64,000 nt of DNA, from assembly GCF_018350175.1 (NCBI RefSeq), contig NC_058383.1:5892001-5956000 (forward strand), in the 5' to 3' direction. The stretch comes from Felis catus. Lineage: Eukaryota. The translations under genes were made by a program, and so were the position numbers. Of this stretch, positions 49,512 through 60,263 are shown piece after piece (the stretch's first letter is position 1; every line of letters begins with the position of its first letter). Under the pieces are notes generated by a model. That model saw only the letters and a list, made by a program, of their open reading frames with translations, was not told the DNA's origin and searched no databases.

Positions 49512-52500
49512 TCTTTCAGTAATTTAAAGATGTTCTGACTGCTTGTAAGATTTTTCTCTTTATCAGTGGTTTTAAGAAATTTAATTATGATGTGCCTTAG
49601 TGTAGTTTCATTTATGTTTATTGTGCTTGGGGTTCACTGAGCTTCCTAAATCTATGAGTTTACAGCTTTCATCAATTTTGGAAAATTTTAGAACATTATT
49701 TCTGCAAGCATTTTTTCTGTTCTCTTTCTCTATCTTCTCCTTCAAACTCCAATGACCTCATTGGCTTATTTTAGATTACCTAAAAAATAAATAACTGTAG
49801 CCCATAGATGGATGGGACACAGAGAAGGTAATACAACTGGTCTTTGATTTATCATAGCAAATGAGATGGAGAAAGAGATAATCAAGGCGAGATGGGTAAT
49901 GTGCTGGGTGAGAAGTCAGAAGTTCCTTGTTTGAACTGCACCAAAGTTAACTATGCAACTTGACATTCGCCCCTTTATCTTTTTGGATTTCAATATTCTC
50001 AACTGTGAGATCTGGGAGTTGTTCTAGGTGACACTCGAAGTTCTCATCAACTTACATAGTTTTTGATGCTGGGTGAATTTTGTTGAGAGGAAAGGGGAAA
50101 GAAAGGACTGCATTCATTCTCATATCTTCACATGTGTCTAGTATCCATTCATCTTCTCCCTTCTTAGCGTAACGAGTTTGAGCAATCTGAGCTCAACAGA
50201 GTTAGGGAAGAACTTGGTTATTTGGACCAATCCTCTCTTTTAAAACAACTAAAAGCTGAATTTTTAAAAATTCCTTAAAAACACCAAAGAGCCTGACAAG
50301 GTTGTGTGAAATTACTAGGCTAATCAGGAACTGAGAGAAATAAGCAGAATACTGAAGCCATGCTTGCCTGTCCAGGGAATTGATTTATCATTGGCCTAGA
50401 TCCCTAAAGATAAGGATGTTCCCAGTGACTGAGAATTTGATGACATAATTTATCTTCATCCAATGGATGGGACCGTGACCTTAAGAACACGGTCCATCTC
50501 TACAGTGAATTCCTTATTTAATATTAGTTGTGTTCAAGGATTGGATGTTCTGTCTGGAACAAAAACTGTCATTATGTAAGAGAGCTCAAGCTGAGCTTTT
50601 AGATCATTAAACTACTTGACATGACTCTAAGTTCTTATTTCACAGCCAGAAATTCTTAAACCATATTCCTAGGCCTTCCATAGGTTCTGGAAAAGATGTG
50701 CAATTTTGCTGGGCAGGACCTCCCCCTCATTCTGCCACTTACTTTCCCAGTTGCTTTCATTTCTCCCAACTGTCAGGCATGTTGTGAAATTGAGTTTCAG
50801 TATCATTCTATTCCAATCCATCAGCTCAGATACTAATCATGAAACAGGTCAATGTGTTAGCTCCCAACAAAGCATTTCTGTTTTAGATTTGCCAAAATAG
50901 ACTTCCAAAGGCATGTGCTTATAAGGATGATTGATAAGTCAACAAAACTTCAGTGGGGTCACTTTTAATTTGGGCCTGGGAAAACTAACAAGCCCTTTGT
51001 ACCTCCCGGTTGTCAACAGTGGCCCACATGAGTAGGAGGCATCACAGAAATAACTCCTGTTCAATCCAGGCCAACTCAAAGATTCCCCAGGTGTCGTGCT
51101 TATAGCTTGAGAATTATGGCAAACAGGATATAAGCAGTGCTGGAGGTAACCGTTCTCATTCTTTTGCTTTGTATTTCCAAAGTTCCATTCACAACGTCCA
51201 TTACACGTGTGTCTGTGTGGCTTGGATGGTGACTGAGGCTCCATAAGGAGTGTTAATTGCAATGATGTAGAGAGAATAGTTGAGGCTTATGTATCCTAGT
51301 GGAAAAGCCTTTTCAGGCCTGTTCTCTGTTTTCTGCTCCTTCTCCTCAAAGGATGCCCTTTTAAGGTTTTTATTCTCTGGAGTGAGGCTGTTATTCCATT
51401 CTCTAATTCCCCAAGAGGCAGTCAAAATTAGGAGGGCTTCTGTCTCTATTGCTTTTCCTGGACTTACACATCTCCAATGTATAATTACAATTGCAACATA
51501 GTAGTAGTCTTTCCTGTAGTTTTCAGAAGCAAATTAAGCTATCAATAAACCTTCTAGATCAAGAAGTTAGGAATGCATCTTTTATCTAAATCAGTATACC
51601 GCCTATTCATGGGAATGATGTTTTGGGAAGCATACAGCCCCTCTACCACAACACACCTTTCACAACGAATATTGAGCTTTTACAACGTGCCAGGCACTAT
51701 TCGAAGCCAGAGACACAGAAGTTAATAAAAACAAAGTATTTATCCCTTATCATTATCCAGTTGAGATAATACTCCCTGGCCAGTTTACTCTGTGAGCATG
51801 ATCTTCAGCAAGACTCAAAGCACTGTGAATTACATTTATGTAGTAATTGGAGGATTTACATTGATTTCAACTGCAAAGGAAATGGCAATGTCCCTACCTT
51901 ACTACCCACCCGCCATGACACCTAGCAAACACACACATTCTTTATACTACGTGGCTTAGGTGCTTTTCAAACCAGGACTCATGATACTGCTTATTTGTTT
52001 AAAAATAAACACTAAACATCAAAACATTAGCCGCAGTTTCAAGTAGCATACTCAATGCATATTTATTTTGTTACAGCGTTTGGAAAGTGAGAGAATTCTT
52101 TTTTGTGCCAAAATAGCAAAGAAAAATATGAAACACAATAAAGAGACTGGAGTCTAAGCTTTGACCTAAAGTGCTACACATTGACTCTGATTCTTTTTGC
52201 TTTCATATGCCACGAGAGGTTCTTTTTTTTTTTTTTCTTTTCCTTTTGGCATTAAATTGACCTTATCTGTCAAACCCAAAGACTCAAGGCTGCAATACAG
52301 CATTATGCCTTTGTTCTCATAACCCTTTTACTATCTTATGTAGTTTTCAGGAAGCTAGACTTAAAAAACCAATCATAACACAGTGTCTCTTTCCACCAAA
52401 GATTTTTTCCTTCATTTTAAGAGTTTTTAAATATTTTGTAATGAATTCCAACTGGGATGCACGTGGGTTGGGCAGTGGAACAAGGATCATTTAACTGGCT

Positions 52501-53704
52501 CTTGCTGAAGAGGAAGGAAAATCTTAATAGGAGAACGTATTTATTTAGGTTGCTTGCATTTAAGAGAAATGTCCTTTCCCCCCTTCCACTCAGATGGGCT
52601 GTTCATTAGCTAGGCTGAATCACAAAGCAGAAGCAGAAAGAGTCTGGTTGGAGGCTGCCACCTCTTCAACAAAAGCAGCCACGTACATGAAGGGTTTAAT
52701 TCGCTTCATGTGGTCCAGGGCTGAGTGGAGAAGGCAATGGGACATCTGGAACACAGATGAACATATTCCCTGATGGAGGCTGGGAGCAGTGCAATTCCTC
52801 TCTGATTAGCAATCTAAAACATGCACTCTCTTTGCACCTTTCATTCAGCCAGAGAGAGGCTGTTCCAGGTATGAACATCAAGATTCCACGGGGAATAAAT
52901 AATTCAGCTGAGATGAAAGAGCCAATAAGAATTTCAGCTCAGAGCTCAAGGAAACTCCGAACCTAATATGTTGAGAATAAACATCTCCTATTATGGAGAA
53001 CTTGTTTTGGCTCTAACCCTCTATTACCAACTGCTCTGAGGGCTCGGAACCTCTGATAGTGCTGGGAGAGAGGTTCATTCTTTTAAATTTCACCTTAACC
53101 CCTGCCAAGTGGTGTTATAGAACAAGCAGGAAAAAATGCTAACCCTTCCTCCACCATTTCTGTAACACTTCCATCTGGGTATCCATCTGGGAGAATTTCA
53201 GAAAGTCTGGAATGTGTAGACATTTCAGACACAAATTCCCACTTTCCTTTGCTCAATTAAAACTGAACATTGTTACTACTTACACTTTGTTCATTCTTGC
53301 AAGTAGCTTACTATGGTCACCTGGCCAAAATAATGACCCTGTCTTTCCTTATGCAGACTAGGCGAGTGACATCTACTGGAAATGAGATAAATTTATCCTA
53401 AGGTATCCTTGGAAACAACAGATTTGGAACAGAGGACTAAAAGTCAGAGATTGCTAACTGCATATCTTGTTTTCCTCCAAGGGCTTCAACTTTTTCTTCT
53501 TTTGCCTGCTCCTTCGGATACCCAACATTCCTATCAAGTATACCTTCCACTATCTTTTTAAAGGGCTAATTCCCAACTTTTCCATGAAAAAGTCCCTTGC
53601 CAATCTAACATAGTGACTTTCCTCCTGCCAAACCACCGAACAAATCATACATTGAACAAAATCTTCTTTGTTTCTCTCTCAAAGTACTATCATATCACTA
53701 TTGT

Positions 53705-55000
53705 GCACATCCAACGAGATATTTATTGAAAGGAGAATGTACATCAGACCTAGATGTTGCCCTTAAGGAGCTTGTAGTCCAGTGGAGAAGATAGCTATAT
53801 TACAAGCTGAAAGTAGTAAGGAAAATAAAGAATGCAAAGATAAACTACTGTCCTTTACAGTGTCACTTTGGAGTGAGCAAAATCAGGGTAAACTTTGGGA
53901 AGAAGGTAAGGTGTGTGGAGAGCTGTGACAGATGAATGGCTTATGTGGCTCTAGAATTGGCAGAAAGGTCATTCCAGACATAGGAAACAACGCGGGCTCC
54001 AAATCTGAAGGAAGGAAAGTATGGATCATGTGTGAAAAGCATCAAATAGTTTCCTTTGATTACAGGGAAGTGATCAAGGAATATTTTATAAAATGGGGTT
54101 AAATAGGAAACGGGGGGGGGCACATAATGGAGACCAAAGAGTTTACAAATTTGCATTGGGAAACACGGGAGGTTTCTGAGAAATTATATGCTTTCAGGAA
54201 ACTGACCTGGGAACCGCATGTATGCTGAAATGGAGACGGTGGAGTTAGAGAATCCAGTTAGGAAGCAGTTGTATAGTTTAGAACAGAAGTAATGAGGTTG
54301 TGGCAGTGAATGGAGAGTTGACAGACTGTAAAAGTACAACTGGAACTCAGAAACTGATGAGAATTTGAACGAACCTGGAGGGCGGGAGAGGAGACACTGA
54401 TAACTCCAAAGTGTTCAATTTGGAGGACCTGGAAAGCATTCACACATCGCAGTAGGGAATACAGGAGGAAGGAAAGAGAAATGAAGAAAGGAACAATGAA
54501 TTTCATTGAGAACATGTTGAGTTAGAAGTGGAGGTGGTATATCATTGACATGTCCAGCATGCAATTGGTTTATGATGTTCCCGAACTCTGTGTAGATCAG
54601 GGGCAGAGTCACTAATGTAGAGATCATTGCTTAAAAGCATAAAACTTGTTAAGGTAGAGAGCACTGTGAGAGAAAGGAGAGAGATAAGACAACGCAACTT
54701 TCGACACATTTACTGAAAAAAGACCCAGGGAACAAACAGAAAAAAAAAAATGCTCTGAAAACAAGGAAGAAAGCCAGAAGAATACGCTATTATAGAAACT
54801 AACAATGGAAAAGTTTTGTTTGTTTGCTTGCTTGTTGTGGAAAAGTTTTAATAATAATAATAATAAAAGACTTAGCTAACAATGTTGAATGCTGTAATGA
54901 GTTCTAGGAGAATTACAAAAAGTGGTCTTTGGATCTGGTGTGGCAAATTACTGATTTTTAAGAAAGCCGTTTTTGAAGAAGCCAAGCATTTTAAAGGGTT
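53705..55000 (-). mobile_element. Long decayed L2 fragment
   Basis: atttattga...tgcccttaaggagcttgtagtccagtggagaaga followed by purine-rich L2-type sequence (ccagttaggaagcagttg, atgttgagttagaagtg). Confidence 0.65.
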
Positions 55001-55838
55001 AATGAGTAAGTTAGGGAGTGGGACAGAGAAAAGAGCCCTTGACTAGGAACCAGAGACCCTGAGTTCCAGCTTGGCCTTGCTGTTAAGCTGCTGTATGACC
55101 TCTTAACCTCTCTTGAGCTGTTTCTCAGTCTTCAAAATTCTATAAAATCTCTCCTGACTATCATTTCCAAAGATTCAAGTAAGCTAACTATGGACCTAAA
55201 CTCTACGGAGATCCTGAGCTACCGATTTTTATCGGGTATATGCCAATTTCAATACTTGTAACTTGTGTAAAAGTGAGGCTCTAAGTGTTTCCTAATACAA
55301 AATAATTCAGACCATATTCTTCAAGTATCTGCTTCAAGGAAACCTTCCTCCAGCCTCCTCCCATCCCCAGTCCTTTACTTTTAAAAACTAAGCTAAGATA
55401 GTGTCTCTAGTTTATCCAGCAACTTGTCCTATTGCCTAAAATCAGGGGGTGCCCCCCAAAAGCCTTTCTTGTTTGTTGACGTCTATTGGGTAGTATTAAC
55501 AATCAATCCCCAAATCATGGCTTTCCAGCCATGTGTGATCATATACTTGTACAAGGGCATTTTCTGAAACTCAATGTCTCATATCACAAAATCAAACCAG
55601 AAATGTTATTCAAGAAGAACCCAGATGCACTGAAGAAAGAACATTTGCTTTATCTGGGGGCTTTTAATCTATCAGGATCCTATAGCAATACAAACTCAGA
55701 ATCACTGAAATGTTAAGTACTATAAAACTTTTAGTTGGGTTCAAGCACATAGTTTCGTAATATATTTGAAGTTAGTGTAGGTGTGAAGTAGTTCGATTGA
55801 ATCTTGCGATTAAAGTTAAAAAACAATGCTTCGCTTTA

Positions 55839-55864
55839 ACACACACACACACACACACACACAC
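55839..55864. repeat. (AC)n microsatellite
   Basis: Read directly. Confidence 0.95.
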
Positions 55865-56084
55865 GAGGATAGGATAACTTTCTCTTGTTGAGACACCAGT
55901 AAATTTTCCTGGAGTTCTCATCCCTTGCCTTTCTTTCCTCCAGAGAGGTTGGCCTGTTCTTTCTCAAGAATTCTTGTTTTAATTCCAAATGGATATTGTA
56001 GAAAATAAAGGGGTAAAAATTTAAGTTTGTTTTTGAAAGAACATACAACTCAGCTCCAAATTCGCTGGAGAAAAGGAGAAAAAA

Positions 56085-56325
56085 AAAGGACAGTTAGCAT
56101 CTTTTGTGCACCTGTTATATGCCCTACATGTTCATGTACATTATCTTACTCAAGCCTGACAATAAGACTTTGCAGTAAATTTAGCTTTGGTGTTAGAGAT
56201 AAGAAAAATGAGGCTCAGGGAGGTTAAGCTATCCTCTCAAGGTCAAATGGCAAGTTATAAAACTAGGATCGAAACAAGAGCTGAAACAAGACTCCAAAGC
56301 TCAAGCATGTTCTACTTTACCATGC
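56085..56325 (-). mobile_element. MIR
   Basis: agataagaaaaatgaggctcagggaggttaag..caaggtca..gactccaaagctc. Confidence 0.7.
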
Positions 56326-59300
56326 AGTTCAGTCTAGTGAAAAATTCACTCTTGAAAAGGTCTTAGCATTTGAGGCATAAAAGAGTATTTGTTACAATTC
56401 ACCGGAGCCTCCAAATTCTGTTGTATCTGCACTGAGTCCGATCGAAAAAAAATTAAACAAAACAAAAACATCCCAAAACATCACACACGCTCTTAGTTCC
56501 CCTCCCAACTGAAATTCAGTAGGGAGGACAGTTCCTGAGTCATGTTCACAGAAAGCTGTCCTTGGATTCTGTTATTGAGCTCACACCCCCATTCCTGACT
56601 TCCCAAGTGGCACCGAGAAAGAGAAGAGGAAATGTAAGAAAAGTAGAAGATGGGATCCTCTGACACCGTGGTGGAAATTAGCACATTTCCCAGAAGACCA
56701 AGATAAAAATGCATGTGAGAAGAACAAGGGAAGCAAACAGATGGGGCAATAAAATGGAGGCGGAATGAGCTCATCAGGATTTCCAGCACACGGTTTAAGT
56801 CCATACTGGGCTCTCAGCTGACCTGGGAGCCAGGAGACATAGTGAATGAGTGGGTGGTTACTATGCTGCAGCATCAGTTACACGAAGAGATTAGGTGGAG
56901 CTGATTCACTGCGGCAGGATCGGCACGACTTTTCAAGAGGAGGAAAATCTGTGGGCCCTGGTCTCAGCCACTCGCATAACCATCCTTATGGACAGCATGA
57001 GTCACACGTGTGGGATCCTGCAGGTAGACAGTATTGTGCCGTGAGTAAACCAAGGGCAAGCTTTCACGTTGCCGAGAGCAGGTCTCAACCACAGCTACGG
57101 CACATCTTTGTGTGAAGGTTTATCCGCCGGATACGCAAACACCCCGCCTTCCCATACTCCTCCTGGGCTACAGGTGGTTCGTAACACAAACGGAAAGGAC
57201 AAGGCTCCGGAACGTTCGTCACACCGAACGGTGATTCTTTTCCAAACTATCAGACCCCAGAAGGGTCTTTGGAAGAGTCTAGTCTACTAGATACTTGATA
57301 CACAGCAAACTGAGGTCCAGGGAAGAGGAATGACTTGCCCCAAACCACTCAGCTAGTGACAGAGTGGGCATGAGGACTCAGTTCCCCTGTTCCTAAGCCA
57401 GCAGACTCTCTGCTGCACCAGCAAGCCAAAGTCAAACCCTAAATAGCATATACCCTGTGAACTAAGCCCTCTAATTATACTGCCTCCAAAGGAAATAACA
57501 TCTTAAATGCCTGGGTCTCTCTCTCTCCGGGCTTTTGGCAATTTCACTGACAATTTCCCGTACTGGAATCTCTTTTGAGAACTTTAAGAGTAATTATTTT
57601 CGGATATATGCTTTGTTATTTTTATGCCTTCTTACACACTGCTTTCTTTGTTCATGAGAAAATTAGGATTCTGGAAATGCACTTGACTTTATTTAATTAT
57701 TAAAGGGACAAGCATCCATTTCAAGTAGTTGCGAACGTAAATGTCATCGGTGTGCGTCAAGAATGGATGTATGGGAACAATACAGGCTATATTACTCTAT
57801 TTTGACATCCAATTAAGATCCACTTTGGTCTCAGGAAAAATCATCAAACCTATGGAGTGAAAACTGAAGAGCGAAATCCTTACCTGGATCATTCTGAACA
57901 TGTCTGGATTTGGTGCCTTTATGGAATCATCTAAAACGTAACATTTTTTAACATGTTTTGCAACCTGACTGCCTTCATTACTGCAGCCTGTGTATATGTG
58001 GGCTCGCTGGAACTTTGGGGGTTTTCAAGGAGCTGAAGTAAGGATGTAGAAGGAATGAGCCCGTTCAAAGTCATGCTTACTAGGTGAAGCTGATGCCTCC
58101 CGGTGACCCCTACCAGCAGCAGCATAAGCCCATTACCCAGTCTCCCTCCTCCCCACCTCATACCTTTTTTACAAACTTATGTTCTTACCTGAGCCATCAT
58201 CACTTCCATTGTCCTCTGCTTTGGGTGTTGTGGAGAACAGATTTTCTGGCTCTAATGTTTATCCATGAAGAGATTTCCACGAATAGAACTTTCCTCGTAA
58301 TTTAGTAACATTGTCCTTGAAAACCCCACGACTATTTACATAACAGAAGCTATTGTTTGAAGTGCAAAGCAGGTCAAAATTTGGTTTCTGGAGATTAATC
58401 ACTGCAGTCTGTTTTATATTATCATAATAATTTCATTTATTTTGATACAATTTGTTTTCAGCATCAACCTCAGCTTCTGTGCACAAGTGACAAATCCATT
58501 TGTTTCTGGTATAATGGATAATGTGATTAATGACCTTGCAACAGGATTTCTTAAAAACACGGAGGAAAAAAAAAAGTTTCCATTTATAATGTGCAGTAAA
58601 CCAGCTCAGTCTGTAGCTGTGCCTCAAAAATCCCTCTGAACTTGTTTGCACGCCACAGCCAAGATTTTCAAACAAATTTGCTCCTGCCTTTTGGGGTTTC
58701 TGTCCAAAGCTGTGCTCTCCAAGAACGAGCGGACAGCGGCGTCAAATTGGGAAAGTGGATCTACGGGCAGCCCGCTCGCAAGGGTGGGGCCCCGGTATAC
58801 TACATCTCCGTGGCCGCGGAGGCCTCGCTGAGTAAGGTCACACCACCTGCTGGGCTGTCGCCAGGCCCGCACGCGACGGCTCTGCGGGCGGCCTCGTGAC
58901 TCCGGCCCCCGCGCGGGTCCCCCGGTGGGGGCCGCGCGCGCGCGAGGGTGTGCGGGCGCCCCCTCCGCGCAGTCGGCAGCCGGCGCGCGTTTCCGGTGCC
59001 CGCGGACCTGAGAAGTCTTCCGCAGGCGGCGGGTGGGAGTGGGGACCGGGAGGGTGGACGTGCACGGGGGCGACCGTCGTGCGTCTCCTTCCCGCCTTCG
59101 GGTGACGCGGGCGCGGCGGCCCGCACCGGGAAGCCCACGAGGCCCGCGGGGGAGGAGGGGTCTCTCGACGGCAGCCTTGGGTTCGAGTTCCTCCTGGGGC
59201 TCCTCCTCACTGTCCTCACTTGGGGGGCGGGGGTCCCTCCCCACAGGGGCGGCGGTGGCCGGTGAGCGAGGCCTCGCGCCGCGCCGGAAGCCCAGAAGGC

Positions 59301-59514
59301 GCCCCGGGGAAGCTCCCGGCTTCTCTTCAGCCCGCGACGCCTGCGTCCTCGGGTGGGTCCTCGGGGCGCCCGGACACGCCGGCCAAGGCTCGCGAAGGCA
59401 CTCGAGAGTGTTTTTCCCCCCTTTTTCCTCAGTTCTTCCTTGCTGTGGGCCCCGGGACCCCGCGCTCGCGCCCCCGGCTCGGCCCCACAGGCCCGCCCGC
59501 CAGCCGCGAGAAGG

Positions 59515-59630
59515 CGCCCCCGCCCCGCCCCCTCGCTGACGTGCGCCCAGCCGGGCCAATCAGAGCTCGCGGCGCTGCGCCCCACGCGCCGGGGCCTTCT
59601 CCCACCCCCCTCCCCCCCCAGCTTAAGAAA
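59515..59630 (+). promoter_or_regulatory. NPTX2: NPTX2 proximal promoter: EGR/Sp GC boxes, CRE-like site, CCAAT box, TATA-like box
   Basis: CGCCCCCGC at 59515-59523 (reverse complement GCGGGGGCG, the EGR site) overlapping CCCCGCCC boxes; TGACGT at 59537-59542; GCCAATCAG with CCAAT at 59556-59560; TTAAGAAA at 59623-59630, the only AT-rich patch, about 210 nt before the ATG. Confidence 0.7.
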
Positions 59631-59809
59631 GGGCGCGCGGGCCGGGTAAGAGCAGAACGCTGCGCCGGGCGGAGCGAGCGTGGTGTGTTAGGTGGACGGT
59701 TCCACCGGCTCCCGCGCTCTAGCTGCCCTCGAGCGGCGTGCCCGGCCGCAGCCCGCCGCGGAGGCGCCTCCGCCGCGCGCCCCGACGGCGCCCTCCCGCT
59801 CGCCCGCAG

Positions 59810-59821
59810 ATGCTGGAGTGA
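59810..59821 (+). other. Minimal upstream ORF (ATG CTG GAG TGA; Met-Leu-Glu-stop) in the presumed NPTX2 5' UTR
   Basis: Read directly. It is out of frame with the main ATG and its stop ends 16 nt before it. Confidence 0.7.
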
Positions 59822-59837
59822 GCGTTGCGGCGGCGGG

Positions 59838-60263
59838 ATGCTGGCGCTGCTGGCCGCCGGCGTGGCGCTCGCCGTGGCCGCCGGCGCCCAGGACGGCCCG
59901 GCGCCCGGCAGCCGATTCGTGTGCACCGCGCTGCCCCCGGAGGCGGCGCGCGCCGGCTGCCCGCTGCCCGCGATGCCCATGCAGGGCGGCGCGCTGAGCC
60001 CCGAGGAGGAGCTGCGGTCCGCGGTGCTGCAGCTGCGCGAGACCGTCGTGCAGCAGAAGGAGACGCTGGGCGCGCAGCGCGAGGCCATCCGCGAGCTCAC
60101 GGGCAAGCTGGCGCGCTGCGAGGGGCTGGCGGGCGGCAAGGCGCCGGGCCGGGCGGCCGCGGGCAAGGACACCATGGGCGATCTACCGCGGGACCCCGGC
60201 CACGTCGTGGAGCAGCTCAGCCGCTCGCTGCAGACCCTCAAGGACCGCCTGGAGAGCCTCGAG
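59838..60263 (+). CDS. NPTX2: Neuronal pentraxin-2, coding exon 1 (signal peptide, N-terminal cysteines, first coiled coil)
   Basis: ATG at 59838 translates MLALLAAGVALAVAAGAQD...FVCTALPPE...GCPLPAMPMQGGALSPEEELRSAVLQLRETVVQQKETL...ARCEGL...KDTMGDLPRDPGHVVEQLSRSLQTLKDRLESLE, recognisable as the NPTX2 N-terminus. It ends in phase 0 at the donor GAG|GTAGCC (426 nt). Confidence 0.97.

Larger units (their letters stand above)
45895..49780 (-). mobile_element. Long antisense L1M relic (3' UTR, ORF2 and 5' fragments) carrying six SINEs
   Basis: tttattgaggtataatttaca, acacctttgtcaaaaatcaattgac, tctatttctggactctct..ctgttccattgatcta and other L1 motifs. Confidence 0.88.

Noticed and set aside
58720..58742. 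REST/RE1 site (GGACAGCGG)
   Set aside because: Only the right half-site is present, with no TTCAGCACC partner at a suitable spacing.
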